From the NCBI GenBank assembly GCA_026770705.1, contig JANJGN010000049.1, positions 2,604,001 through 2,668,000 on the forward strand: a stretch of DNA of 64,000 nucleotides, given 5' to 3'. Of the stretch, positions 23,423 to 37,769 are shown piece by piece (the stretch's first letter is position 1; each line of letters begins with the position of its first letter). The notes under the pieces were generated by a model that did not search any database, was not told the DNA's origin, and worked only from the letters and a program-made list of their open reading frames with translations. This stretch comes from Isurus oxyrinchus. Lineage: Eukaryota. Both the position numbers and the translations under genes were made by a program.

Positions 23423-23669
23423 CCGGCTAGAGTCAAATAAGAGAGAGAGAGAGAGAGACAGAGCTGGAGAATGGGAGTCACGCTCCTCCCCTAGTTAACA
23501 ACCTGACTCCTCCTCTGTTTTCTTGTCTTGGTCCAGCTGTATAAACAATGGTTAACCATTAGTATTCCGCGTTCCACAAAAGTACGTTTCTTTTGATTGT
23601 CCATGTATTGTGTAGGATTATGTACTGTCTTTCCAAAGCTTACTTTAAAATTGATTCAGGGTGTATATT

Positions 23670-23990
23670 TACATTCGTATTAAACACCCCACATGTGATC
23701 AGTATCAATTCCCCTCAGATGGATGTAAACTCTCCCATGGAATTCGTTAGATGATCAGGGTAGATTTCACCTTTGACCAGGGTCAATACTTGTCCCTCAA
23801 CCAATATCGCAACATCAGATTATCTGGTCTTTTATCTCAGTGCAGTTTGTTGGATCTCGCTGTGCGCAGATTCACGGCCTAACATTTCCCTGCACTACAA
23901 TGGTTTAAAACAATTCCCCGTGAATCAAAGTCCCACAGGATCTCAGTTCACCTGTGTGAAAGTTGTTCTTTCGTTTCACACTGATCTATT
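23670..23990 (+). mobile_element. Degenerate Deu-type SINE just upstream of the VH promoter
   Basis: ccctcaaccaatatc...cagattatctggtc...gtttgttggatctcgctgtgcgca resembles the Deu domain from memory. Confidence 0.6.
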
Positions 23991-25069
23991 CTAAATGGGA
24001 TCAGTTCAAATTTAAACAGTGGAGTGTTTTTGTGATGAGACTGCACAGTCCAACCGAACTGTATTTAATTCAGAGCTAAATCACTTTGCCTACCTTCCTA
24101 ATAGTTCTGACATATTTATCCCACAAGTCATGTTTGTTGTCTGATATCATTGGGGATTAGCACTGCAGGTTAAACAAGATTGGCCAGGGTGAAGCCATTA
24201 AAACAGAAATTACATTCAGGGATTTGGGCTATCACGAGTTTAATTTTTTTGTTAATTTTCACTAGGAAGATAAATCATTAAATTTATGATGACATTAAAC
24301 CAGATGCATTCAGCTATTTAGATGCCAAGACCTGCTGGATGAAAGAGTGTCACCTATGAAAATATAAAGCCTCCCATTACATTTATGCTAAAATCCTCGT
24401 GAGTCATTTGAGTTCCCACTCAGCTTCCAGACTGGGATTGTGACTCGACAGACTACAGATCAGTGGGTCAAGTAGAAAATTATTAATAGAATCAAATAGT
24501 CGCACCCTCGTAGTTAATGTGTTCTTTATATTTGTGTGATACGTGCTCAGCTGGCATTCCCTGTTACAGGATTGCAAAGAAACTGCGCAATTATCAGAAT
24601 CAAATTGGCCTTCATTAATTAAATTCTGAAACGTGCATTGTATTGTTTCAGTTGCATTTATTCTGTTTGCACGTGACATACACGAAACACAATTTCCTTA
24701 ATCTTACATGATAAGAAATGCAATTTAGATTAACATAGTCGAATCATTCATTAGCTGATGAGTTTATTTATTTGCAGTGTGATCCACAACACATTCACCC
24801 CATATCTCTCCTCCACAGACAGTGATAGAAGCCCAGCAATCCATCATCCGGAAGGGGCGATAAGTCACATTGCAATTTACAGGAAACATCTGTGGCTGCT
24901 GTGCAGAAACAGAAGCTGTTTCCAGCTCGCTGCTCAGAGATAAGAGGACTACCAGAACCCAGGTATTAGTATTGGAACCTATTTATACACAAATCTGCCC
25001 AACAACAATATGTATAAGCAATCTAATCTCATCTCCAATGGGTGTATTGGCATTCATTTGGAATGAATT

Positions 25070-25790
25070 AATAATTTGAGATTGATTCCCAGAACCTGTA
25101 TCCTCTCCAAGGTACCGGGGTAAGAATTCTCAGAATGAATCTGGGAACATGAGGCTATTGTGACACACCACTGTGCACAAACTGAAGGAACGATTCCGAG
25201 AGCCTGGGGCCTATCTGATGCTCCTGGGAGCACAAACACTGGATGTGATTCCTGGAGACTAGGGAATATTTGAAATACTAGGAAGCATGAACCATGGGGA
25301 TAGTATCAGGAACCTGGTCTCAGCAGACTCACCAGAGAACATAAACGCTGGGAATTATCCCCAGAACCTAGGCCTGTCTGACACATGAGCACCTACTTGC
25401 CCAAATCCTGGGAATTGCTTCTAGGTGCAAGGTCAACCTGACACGATGTGTCCTTGAAGCACAAAACCTTTTAATGAATCCCAGACGCTAGACCAATGTT
25501 ACACAGACACACCTTGGACACAGTTGTTGGGTCTATATGATACAGGCAGTTATAATTTGTAGTTGCTGGTCCTATATGACACCGACAGACATGGGAGCAC
25601 AAACCCAATTAATTATTCCCTGTTCCTAGGTCTACATGACACAGGTAGTGAGCGGACTACAAATCCAATGAATGATTCCTTGTTTGGAGGCCTTTGTGAC
25701 TCAAGCACCGAGAAGTGCACAAACCTTCTGAATCATTCCCTGTTGCTGGATCTACATGGCACAAGCAGACTAGGGAGCACCAGCTGGTAC
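25070..25790. repeat. Degenerate ~60-bp tandem repeat
   Basis: Recurrent GGGAGCACAAAC..(G/T)AAT(G/T/C)ATTCC..GGTCTACATGACAC motifs. Confidence 0.6.
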
Positions 25791-26029
25791 TGATTTCACA
25801 TAGTAGCGAAGGTATATCCAAGCTTAAATGGTAAATACACTAAATGTGAACTGGCATGGAATCAATGGGCCCCGATAGGTATTTATTGGAAAATATAGTG
25901 GATAAAAGGAGGCAAAGAATATTAACACTAAAGGATGACCATGCAGAAATAAATAGAGTAGAATTGACGGAAATGTGCTGTTGTTTCCCAAATCCATGCA
26001 CATATTCCGCAGCACTTTGTTTTTGAAAA

Positions 26030-27315
26030 CCTCTTATCAGGTTGTAGTAATGTTAAAGACACAAATGAGATGCTTTGCGATTGCGACATGGGAAGCTATT
26101 GATTCTCATGTTTCTCCAATTGCCGACAACATTTGACATGTTTAAAGCAGAACTCCTGTCTCCCCGTCTACGGCTTCCACCACGACCACCATTACCACCA
26201 CCACCACCATCACCACCCTCCCCCCACAATAAATGCAGTCAGTTGTGCAGTTGGGTAGCACTACACCTGCCTGGCAAGAGCACCATCTCTAATGGTTTAT
26301 CATCCTGTTACTGCGCCATTATCTCTGCTGTACCACTGGGATACAGGTTTGACTCCCCTATATTCTTCAGCTACATATTGCTCGCCATCATCGATATATA
26401 TAACATTTGGTTCCATATGTATGGTTCCACATGTCCCGAAACTTCCATTGTCTCTAACCTGCCAATCTGATTATTCAACATTGACATCGAGGGTGAGTAG
26501 AAATTTAATCAAGCGAAATCTGGAAAACTGAGGCCAATGAATTCAGTCTCCCGACAAAATTAATTCCCTTATGACTAATTACCTCCCTCTCCATGACCAA
26601 TATTTGAAACTGAACCAGATCATTCGCAGGTTTGGCGCCTGATCTGACCCTAAACTGAGATTATTCCCAAACCCCACTCAAACAGGTCACGTCGCCCATC
26701 TCTATTCCATGGTCCATCTCAGCACTGGCTTCAAAACAACTGATGCTAAAACCCCAAGCCATCTCTTTGTCACCTCTAGACTTCAATACTACAATCGTTT
26801 CCTGAACATCCTCCCAGGATCCACCATCCATAAATCGGACCTCAACCTCTATTCTGATGCCTGCACCCGAATTCACATAAGTCCACTCGGTCCATGAATC
26901 CTGTTCTCCCTGATCAACATTGGCTCTCGGTTTAGTAATGTATCAGCAATGAAATTATCACCGTTGTTTTAACTCCCAACATGGCCTCACACCTCCCTGT
27001 CCATTTAACCTCCTCAGCCTTACCATGTTACGAGAACTCTTCCCTTCTTGAACTCTCACATCTTTTGCATCCGTGACTGTATCACTTGGTATCAGTTGCC
27101 TGGCCCCGAAGCTCTGAAATCCACCATAAATCACCCCTCCCTTTCTTCTCCTTTTCGATCCTCACTAAAAGCCACATCGTTGACCCAATTGAATGTCATC
27201 TGCCCTAATGTCTACTTATGTTACTCGGTGTCAAATTTAGTCTGTTAATGGTCTTTTGAGTCACGTTGGGACGATTAACGACAGCAACACTACTATATAG
27301 ATGCAAGTTGTTATT
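26030..27315 (+). mobile_element. L2-type LINE 3' remnant
   Basis: DAKTPSHLFVTSRLQYYN..LNILP resembles the L2 motif AETLIHAFVTSRLDYCN. Ends ...tatatagatgcaagttgttattg. Confidence 0.7.
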
Positions 27316-28147
27316 GAATGATGTTGTTCAGTTTCTTTCTAAGTGAAGGAAATAATAAGCCAAGTGAAGTTCAGTTGTATTAATCTCAGGTCAGGGATCA
27401 TGAGATTTTCACCTTTACTATAACATGCAGTAATCATTACATGGTCGAGTTATGTGTCCCGTGTTTCTGTGTGTTGTTCTGATGATCACTGAACAGAATC
27501 ACAGAGGATAATGTGTCGATACTCATTATGTATGCTCAGATTTAATCACCTTTCCAAATGAATTCTGAGGACAGACAGACATTGCCTTGGAAACAGAATG
27601 GTCAGTGGGGCAATGCAGTCTAAAAAAATAAGCACAAAATAAAATAATCATCATTGCATGTTAGGGCTATTACAAGCCATAAGGCTATATTTCAGATCAA
27701 AGAAAATAACATGTTGAAACATGATTGGAAAATATCATTTATCATTGTGGAATTCATATAAAAATATTAAGAATGATGTGTTTTAGGCAAACACACACAC
27801 ACATCGGCACACAGACACACAAGCACATACATACACTGTTTTGTTGAGCCGGAGTTTAAAGACACCACGACGCTAACCTATGCCTTCAGCAAAATTCCTC
27901 CTTTCAATTAACATCGACAAATATGTACAATATACATTAACAGGATTTGAACCATTTCACTCTTTTGCTAATGTTACTTTGCGGAAGAAAAAGCCACAAT
28001 CATCTGGAACCCTTTCCATGTTTATCCTTTGGGACCTTCTGTAGAAGGAAATGACCTGGTTTATTACTCTAACTTGTTGCTAGAGACATTAACGTAAGGA
28101 AAAATAACTCATAACGACATTTTTAAATTATCAACATTGACAATCTT

Positions 28148-28166
28148 TCGTCACCAGGTGGCAGTG
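28148..28166 (+). promoter_or_regulatory. CTCF-like motif TCGTCACCAGGTGGCAGTG
   Basis: Matches the CCASYAGRKGGCRS core with one mismatch. Confidence 0.55.
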
Positions 28167-29734
28167 ATAACGCGATTGCTTCCAAGAAAAGATGCAGACA
28201 CTGCCACTGTTATTACTGTACCATAGCATGTCTATGTTTATATCACAGCAGACCTTCACTCAGTTATTACTAGTTTTGATTCTTCCACAGATCTTAGCAT
28301 CTCTGACAACGCCTACGTGCATTACCCATACCTAATTGCCCTGGAGAATATTTTGGTGAGATATCTTGGAACGCTGCAGTCTGTGTGGCGCAAATACAAC
28401 AACAGTGCTGGTGGGAATAGAGTTTAAGGATTTTAGTTCAGGAACAACGAAAGAAAGCAAAAACAACTCCAAGTCAGGATACTGTGTTTGACTTTGAGCG
28501 GCACTTGCAGGTGTAGGTTCTGCCATTCATCTGCTGTGCTGTCCTATGTAACAGAGCACTCAGGTTCTGAAGACGTTGTTGAGGGATTTAGCAGAATGAG
28601 ATGAGGGGCTTCTGTCATGCGGAAAAGTGAGAGAAACTTTCTCCTAGAGCAAAGAAAGTTATGAGATGTTTGGGAAAAAATGTTCAGGTTTCTGAAGAGC
28701 TTTTATAGGACGTATATGTCTCCGTCCGTAATATACTGGGCTCAGTTTCGGATAGTGCAATAAACTCTATGCCCATCCATACTTTACATAATGCCCTGTT
28801 TCAAATATCACAAAAGTATGTGTCGTTTATGTTTCACTCCTCCACGTCCCTATTTACAACGCACTAGACTCTTTATCAGTTATTACTACACTATATAATG
28901 CCTCCTTTTATATTGCAAGACCATCTCCGTGTTTATATTATACGAGGCCTATTATTCGTGCACCAGCCTGCTCATAGTCCACGAAGCCATATTGCTGTTT
29001 ATATTAAATAAGGCATTTTTTCTGTTACGAAGGCACTGGACATTCTGTTTATATTAAACTATGGCCATTCTCAGTTATTGTGGTACTGTAATAATTGTGT
29101 GTCAGATCAATAGACAGATGGATGAAGGAGACATATGTCTCATATTGTATAAATATATATATTTGTCTGTGTTGGTGGTGAATTTTTATATGGGAAAATA
29201 CGTTAAGCCTTGGTCACAGCCATCAGAAGCTGTGTGCAATGTCCAATTGCTCTTATATTAACTGGATAATATTTATGTTGAAAGGATGGTTCACGACTTG
29301 TAACAATCTCTGAAAGTTGAACTGGATTGGGGGGCAGAAGGGAAGGTGAGCCAGTGGCGGTGCAATTCATGCTGAATAGTGGAAATCTTTGTTGTGGCTA
29401 TTGTACAAAGTGTTTTATAGTTATGGAATGTTTTCCCTGCAGAATTTTACATTCTCGCTTTCTGTGGCTACTGGTTGTGTGATCAACCCTGAACATATGT
29501 ATATGCGTCTAATTGTATCTGTCATTTATGCTTATACAAAACACATCATTCCTGTTGTTTGCAAGCTATATCAACAAAGGTGAATCTGCTTCACCAGTTA
29601 CTTTTCTTACAATATTTAATTCCCTTTTATTAAAAATGCGTTGAAGTGTATTAATGCAAGTTTGTTTCTTGATTCATTTATGTCAACAACTATACGAAGG
29701 TCGGCATTTTCACAATAGGAGCAATGGCAGTCAT

Positions 29735-29753
29735 TGGCCACTAGATGACAGTG
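29735..29753 (+). promoter_or_regulatory. CTCF-like motif TGGCCACTAGATGACAGTG
   Basis: Core match with one mismatch, preceded by an upstream-motif-like GCAATGGCA. Confidence 0.55.
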
Positions 29754-29949
29754 CAAGACGGTTTGCCTAAATTGCACAAAGCCGGCGCTGCCTCAGGCAC
29801 GAGAAGGTGTCATGGTTTGTATTACATCAGACACTGCCTAAGGTTTTACTCATTTGGTATTGCCTGATTTGGAATAGTTGTTAAGTCCAGCATTTATTAT
29901 CCATTCCTGATTGCCCTTGAGAAATGGTGATACGCCACCTTCTTGAAAG

Positions 29950-32290
29950 GAACAAGGGTTTTAACATCTTTGAAACTGAATAAATGCCAAGGCCCGGTCA
30001 AGATGTATCCTAGCTTGTTAAGGTAAACAAAAGAAGAAATCGTCATCATTTTTTAATTCTTTGCAATCTTAGACACTGTGCGATAGGGCTAGAGTGCAGC
30101 CAACGTTGTACTCTTGTTCAAAATGGAGATAAGTATAGACTGAGTAATTACAGGAGAGTGAACATAATCTTGGTGCCGAGAGTTGCATCTACTTTTAGAA
30201 TAACAGTGATTAAGCAAAGCTGGACAGCACGACTTTGTTAAAAGCAGGGCGTGTCTGACTAACATGGTTACATTTTTTGAAGAGTTAATAGGGATTGTGG
30301 ATGGGTACCATGCATTCAATGTAGTCTACGTGGATTTTAGCATGATCAGGTACTACATGGCAGACTGGTCACGAAAATTAAAGCCAATGTGATCCAAGGC
30401 AAAGTGGCAAGCTAAATCCAAAATGGTTCAAAGCCAGGAAGCAAAGGGAAATGGACACTGGCGTTTCCGTAAAAGGAAATGGTATTCTCCAGGCCTAAGT
30501 AATAGGACACTTGCCTTTTGTTGCATATATCAAGTACTTGCATATGACTGAAAGCAGTCTGATTCAGAAGTTTTGAGACGATGCACAAATTCGCTGTGTG
30601 ATTAAGAATGAAGCAGAAAGCTGTAGACTGCAGGAAACCGACTAGTCAGGTGGACATACGAATAAAGATAATTGTGAGGTAGTACATTTGAAGAAGGCTA
30701 AACAGTAAGAGAATAAATAGCAAATGATACGACACTGAGAAGTATAGTGGGACTAAAGAATGGAGAGATTCCTGAATGTGCCTGGTAAGGTAGATAAGGT
30801 TATCAAGAATGCAGATGGGATTCTTGTTTCATTATCTGAGGCATAGAACATAAGAGTTGAGACCTTATTCTGGAGCCGTGTGAAATGCTCGTTAGGCCAG
30901 AGTTGGAGTATTGCGTACAGTTCTGGTCCACAGACTATTGGAAAGATATGAATGGGCTCGAGAAGTTACAGAGGAGATTTACGATGGCGTTGCCTCAACT
31001 GCGGGAGATTAGCTACTGGGGAGGATAGGATAGGCTCAGTTTGTTTACCTCTGAACAAAGGAGGCTGAGGGAAGACCTGACTGAAATATATAAATTATGA
31101 AGGATCTAGAGAGTCTGGATAGAGAAACAAATTTCTCTTGGATTGAGGGTCAATAATAAGGAGGACTATAAGAAATAGGAGGAGGTTTAGTCCATATAGC
31201 CCATGAAGCCTGCTCCACTGTTCAAGAACATCATAGCTGATCTGATTCAGGCCTCAGCTCCAGTTTCCCGCCTGCTTCCCAGAACCCTTGAACCCTATGT
31301 TGATCAGAAATCTGTCTAACTAAGCCATGAATATATTGAATGACCAGCCTCCACTGCTTCCTGGAGAAGTGCAGTGTCAAGACTAATGACTCTCTGAGTG
31401 AAGAAATTCCTCCTCATCTCTTTCTTAAATGGGACAACACTGCTTTTTAAACTGTGACCCGAGTTGCAGATTCCCCTGCGAAATGGAAACATGTTCTCAG
31501 CATTTGCTCTGTAAAACCCCATCAGAATCTTATAATATCACCTCGCATTCCTCTACTCTCCAGTAAGTAAAGATGCAATCTGTTCAACTCTTCTTCATAA
31601 GTCAGCCCCTTCCTCACAGTCATCAGTCGAGTGAACATCCTGTGAATTGATTCTGGTGCATGTATATCTCAAATTGCAGAGACCAAAATTGTACCCAATA
31701 TTCCAGGCACCTTCTCACCAATGGCAGTACCATTATAGCAAGAATGCCCTACTTTAAATGCCATTACCCTTTGCAATAGAAGCCATTATTCAATTTGCCT
31801 TCCTAATTCCTTGCTGCGCCTGCATGTTTTGTTTCATCGTTGTACAAAGACAGGCAGGTCTCTCTGCACTGAAGAATTCTGCAGCCTCTCAATTTAAATA
31901 AGATATTGCTTTTCGACTTATACTGCAAACTTAAAGACAACCCCATATTTTTCCAACCTTATAATCCATGTGCTGAATTTCAGCACAATCGCTAATCTTA
32001 CCTGTTTGTTGGAACTTGTTTTCCTTTCTATTTTTGTATCATCAGCAAATTTGTCTACAATATAGCAGACCCCTTCATCAAAGAAGAATAGGTTTTAGCA
32101 ATTGCTTTCACCCAGAAGGTGATGGAAATCTAAAACTCATGATGTGGATGTGTTGTAGAAACTTGAAGTGAAACAACCTCAAAGGTTACAGACTAAGAGC
32201 TAGAAAGTTGCACCAGGTTGGTTACCACTTGGTCACTGGGATGAAATCCCTCTTACGTGTTATAGGTTTTTATGAGCCTATGATTCATTT
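29950..32290. mobile_element. Nested CR1 remnants: plus-strand RT copy (about 29950-31165 and 32080-32290) interrupted by a minus-strand copy (about 31165-32080)
   Basis: ttggagtattgcgtacagttctggtc (LEYCVQFW) on the plus strand and MRRNFFTQRV on the minus strand. Confidence 0.75.
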
Positions 32291-32299
32291 CTGTTAGCT

Positions 32300-34500
32300 A
32301 GAGTGCTTCAGGATTTTGACCCAGCAACAGAGAAGGAAAAACGATATATTTCCAAGCCAAGTTTGCCTTTGGGAAACTTATAAGTGGTGATCTTTCCATG
32401 GGTCTGCTACACTTGTTCTTCTAGGTAAAAGCTGCTAGGGTTTTGTACAGAGCTGTCAAAGGACAGTTGGCGATTTGCCACAGTGCATATTTTAGATGGT
32501 GTACACTGCTGCCTTTGTGCAGTGGTGCTGGAGGGAATGGGTTTATAAATGGTGGGTGGAATGGCAAATCAGGCGCGATCATTTTTCCAGGTGGTTTCTA
32601 CCTTCTTCCGGATATAAGAAATAGTATTTAGAGAAGTGCATGTGGTTCCTTGGGCCTGTTCTGAAAGCGTGTTTTTGGAACTGCCCTGATCCAGGCAAGT
32701 TCAGATATTCAATCACATTCCTAACGTTTGCAAGGACATGGTGGACAGACTTTGGGTAGTCATGAGGTGCGTCATACAAAGTGCTGCCTCTGATTTTTTC
32801 TAGATTCTTCATATATGTTGCTGGTTCAATTAACTTTATTTTCTGCTGTGGCCCCCATAATGTTGCTGGTGTTGGATTCCGCAATAGTAATGTCAATGAG
32901 TAACAACTGGAGATGGTTAGATTCTCTCTTGTTGGACTTGGTCATTGCCTGGCACTTGTAATATCTCATATCACTTTCTGCTCATCAGCCAGAGGTTGAA
33001 TGTTGTCCACTAGTTTTTTTATTCTGCATGGAGACATGAACTGCTTCAGTATCTGAGGAATCGTGAATGGTGCTGAAAATTGTGCCAACATTCGCGAACA
33101 TCCCGACTTCTGATGTGATTATGGAAATAAGGTAATTGATGAAGCAGCTGAAGATGACTGGGCCTAGGACACCCTCCTGAGGAACTCTCAATTGATGCTC
33201 TGGTGTGGGATCATTGGCCTCCAACAACAACCATTTTCCTTTCTGCTAGGTATGGATCCAATGAATGGAAAGCTTTCCCCCGATTGCCATTGACTTCAAT
33301 CTTGCTAAGGATCCTCGGTGCCACACTCTGTCAACTGCTTCCTTGTTGTCAAGGGCAAGCACTTTCTGATTAGGAATCCAGCTGTTTGTCTTTGTTCAAA
33401 TCAACAAAGTGATGTATTCGGGAACTGAAAGGCCCTTGTGAAGCCTGAACTGAGCATTGTTGAGCAGCTTGTTGGTGATGAGCTGCTGTTTGATTGCTCC
33501 ATCAATGTCACCTTCCATCAGATTGCTGATGGCTGAGAGTAGAATTATTGAGGGTCAATGGACCGGGTCGGATTTGTTAGGCATTTTTCACGATGCTACA
33601 GCTTGATCAGGCTGATAGTCCATTTTTAGAAACGCCTGTTGCTTATCTGTCCTGCTCTGCTAAGTTTGTCATTGAACAATAGTTGATCTCCTCGCTTCAT
33701 TGTCATGGTAGATTGCTTGTTATACATTTCATGAGGTGCATTTTGTGGGGGAATAAGAATGTTGCTCATGCTAATACCTCACTTATGCGCAGTTTTTAAC
33801 TGCCAAATATTCCCTAAATCTATCGCAATTATCACGGTGATTATGCCAGAGAACGCAATGAGTGATGCTCTCAGTCTGAAGATGGGACTTTGTATCCAAA
33901 AGGATAGTGGGGTGGACACTCTCATTGATACTGTCATGAAGAGATGTATCTGTGCCAGGTAGAGCGATGAGCGCCGCCTCAAGTAAGTTTCCCCCTTGTC
34001 TTCACTCATCAGTTTCCAGAGCTCCGGTCTGGTAGATATGGCCTTCAGTACTTGGCCTGCACAGTTAGTAACATTGGCATTGAGTCATTCTTGCTGATAG
34101 ACATTGGAGTTCCGTTCTCTGCGCTGCCTTCAGTGTTTCTACAAAATTGTGTTCAACATGGAGACGCACTGATTCATTAAATGAGTTAAGAAAACGGCTT
34201 GCAATTAGGAAGAAGATTTTCCACCCTTGCTTAATTGCTAACATGAGAATTCATGACTCCTGGAGTCACTCTTGAGGGCCTCTAGGGGAACTCTTTCAAG
34301 ACTAATGTCCCATCATCTCTTGTGGGTCCCTCAGGCATACGGAGTAGTGGCTGGAAGGCATTAAAATTGAACATGTCAGGCGGGCGTTTGACCAGTTTGC
34401 ATTCATTGTTTCTCAGTTGTGGAAGATGTCCTCAGATGTTAGTCAGGAGAACTTTATAGAGTTAACAGGAATGTACATAGCTTTGTCTGTGCCTATGATC
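32300..34500 (-). mobile_element. Long degraded LINE (same family as 2040-2540)
   Basis: VPQEGVLGPVIFSCFIN...VGMFAN (RT domain remnant). Its 3' end is homologous to 2040-2540. Confidence 0.7.
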
Positions 34501-35024
34501 ATGTTGTTTGGAGTTTCGGACTGTACTCATCTTATTGATTCTCATAGCCGTTTAATGAAAATAACTGCATGCTGAGAATTTTCAAAGTGGGGTTAAAGAT
34601 TGACCACTTTGCTCTTTATCTCGAGTCCCATCAGGGACAAACCAGCTAGGGGAAAAATGTATTTACTAAAAGAACGTTGATGTATCAAATGTGCTTTGAT
34701 GGGTCTGGGAGATGCACGTTTCCCATTACTGATTTTGGATTTATTTTTAATAATTCCTATGTATATAATTAACTACATTTAAATTCCCAAAATGTTTGGT
34801 GGAATTTGAACCAATGTAATATCTGTTCATCTTGGACTAGGCCCTTTATCAGTGCTTTTTGCACTGATCTGACTCTATTTATATTTCCCAGCATTTGTCT
34901 CAGTTTTAGCTATTTTTTAAAAGGCCCTGCTTCAGTTATTACTGAACTGAACCAAGTTTCCATTTATATTATACCCGACCCTAGCTTTGATTATATTTCA
35001 CTGGAACCTATCTCAGGCACGACC

Positions 35025-35720
35025 TGGCAGTAGCGCTGTAGCTGGAATGTCACTGGTCCAGCCACCCAGAGGCCCGGACTCAACTTCTGGGAACATGGAT
35101 TCAAATCCCACCACAGCAGCTGGTGGAATTTAAATTCAAATGTTACAAGAGCCGTTCAGAAGTTGGGAGTTGTGCAAAAGCATGTCCACAGTCTACAAGG
35201 TACATGTCAGGAGTGAAATGGAATGCTTGCCAATTCCCTGGGTGACAAGGGCAGCAGAAGCGCAGGAACAACATCAACTGGAAAGTCTCTGTTCCTTCAC
35301 TATCCTTGGGTCTAAATCATTTAACTCCCTTCCTAGAAGCACCGTGGGTGTCCCTACAACACATGGACTGCAGCGGTTAAAGAAGTATGCTCACTACCAT
35401 CTTCTCAAGGGAAATTGTGTTTGGCTATTGAATGTTGATTCAGCTGGAAATGCACAAATCCCATCAATGAATAAAAGAATGGAAATAGTAGTGGATCACT
35501 ATAATTATCATTGCTGTAAACGCATCTGGTTCACTAATAAACATTCGGTGAAGTAAATCTGCCATCCTTCCCCCGTCTGGCCTAAATATGACTCCAAACC
35601 CACAGCACGTGGTTCACTCTTAACTGTCCTCCCACTCTGAAAGTGTATAGCAAGCTATTCAGTTTAAGGACAACTGCGCGGAAATGCTGGCCCTTTCAGA
35701 GATCTTCACATCTGCTGGAA
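35025..35720 (+). mobile_element. tRNA-derived SINE interrupted by a LINE 3' fragment (about 35140-35480)
   Basis: B-box-like ggattcaaatccc. The body resumes at about 35485 (aaatctgccatcctt...tctggcct...tgactcca.acccacagca). An inverse copy lies at about 39290-39760. Confidence 0.65.
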
Positions 35721-36749
35721 GATTAGAGAAGAAAAAATACTCCAGCCTAGTTAATAATTAAAATCAAAATTTGTAAAAGTACTCCCTATTGTGTTACCAT
35801 GAGTATTGGACATAATTATTCCTGGAACCACGTTTTATGAAATATTTGAAGGTCATAGAGAGGATGAAGAGGAGCTTGACCCGAATTTTTATAAGATTTT
35901 GGAGGTCTTGGATCGTTTTTATTAGATTGGAGGATGTTAAGAGGGCTTTAGAGCGAGGTATTCAAGACCATGGGAGGTGTTGATATGTAATGGCTAAAAA
36001 TGATTTTCTTCAAATTGCACAGGGCTCTGCCTCAGATAATAGTGCAAAAGGCCTTGTCTCAATTTATGTTTTACATTTCACCCTGGTGGAGTAAGTGCAC
36101 TGATGCATACATCTGTTTATATTACACAAGGCCATCTCTCTGTTTGTATTATGCCAGATGCTGGAAAAGTTATTTAGCATTAAATTGTTTATATTACCCT
36201 CGGTGTTATGTATCTCAGTCTGCATATCTACCAACCTATCTAACTGCGTACCTGCCTGTTTGTCTTTTTGTCTATCTATCTATATATCTATCCATCCACC
36301 TAAACTTCTATCCACCTAGCTATTTCAGGTCATCTATTACCGTTAACATTTCTTGATGCTGACGTCTTTTTCGAGTTCCTGTGTGGAAAGCACCTACTCA
36401 GATACCAAAGAGAGTTTAACTGCCCTCAGAATTGAGTTCGAAATGGATTAAATCAAATTCAGAACAAACAACAGCTACCCACAATTCTCTCTGGTTTGTT
36501 CACAAGTGATCACTTGTGTGTCACTGGCATGTGTGATGATGTGTGCAAGAGATGGAGGAAATGTAACTGTACCCAAATCTGACGTGAGCATAATAAATCT
36601 GCAATTCTCTTACTTGGAATGGAATGTAACACTTTTCACTCTCAATGAAATTCAATAAAATAAAAAAGAATGTGTTTCTGTTTCCATTGTATTGTGTTGC
36701 ATGCTAACTTCCCTATTTCCTCCCGAGTTTCCAATACGTTTGCCATGAT

Positions 36750-37300
36750 ATAATTCGATGTTTGCTGAGGCGGGTAAAGTGTTAACTGAAGAGAAACATG
36801 GTATAGGGCAGTAATGTCTGAGAAAGGTCCCACTGTAAAATATAAATAGATTTATTCTCCAGTGCAATTGTAACAGAAACATAGTGTAAAACATTATAAA
36901 TAGAGACAGGTTCCAGTGCAGTAACAACAGGGACAGGATCCATGTAATATTAACACATACATGCTCTAGTATAGAAATAACTGAGACATGGTCGAGTTCG
37001 ATATAAACAGACACAGGGTATGGTTCACGAATAACTGAAACACAGCATTATATAATACAAGTAGATAAATGCTCTAATGTAGTAAAAACTAATTCGGGGG
37101 CCGGTCTGAAACAGAGGTTTGATTAGCACAGTATAACTGTGCCAGAGCTTAGTGTAATTAACATATAAACACCATATTATGTGTCCATAAATTTCACAGG
37201 TTTTAGCAAAACTAAAACTGTGACTTGAACTCATAGAGTAATAATTGAGGCAGGATCTGGTGTAATATAAAGGGAACCTGTTGCCAGTGAAATATATGCA
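36750..37300 (-). repeat. Inverted degenerate tract of the 27-bp satellite
   Basis: AACTGAGACATGGTC / AAACAGACACAGGGT units. Confidence 0.7.
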
Positions 37301-37769
37301 CATTTTAAAAATCTATGATTACTGGATATTGACACAATGAACAGAAGGAATTGGGTTTCTCAGTCTATTCTCTCAAATCTTCTCATCATCTTGGAAACAG
37401 CGATTAGCTTTCTGTTTAATCTTCTTTATCACAAACAGAATGGTCCTAATTTATCTAATTCATCGTTTTTACTAAAGACCCTGATCGTTGTGAACAAACT
37501 GGTTACCCTCCTCTGTATACTTTCTGAGACCGCAACACACTTCATAGAATCTGAAAATCATAGATATGTGCGGCACCGAAAGAGACCTTTCCGCCCATCC
37601 TGTCCATAATGGCTGGAAATTATCAATCGAGTCTAATCCACTTCCCAGTTTTTACTCCAGAGCCCTTGAGGCTACATTTCTTCAAGCGAACATCCAAATA
37701 TATTTTGATATGTGATGAGGGATTCGGTCTGGAACACTATTTCATGCAGTGAGTCCGAAACACCATGAA

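Noticed and set aside
26075-26470. 131-aa proline-rich ORF
   Set aside because: A (CCA)n simple repeat within an L2 LINE remnant.
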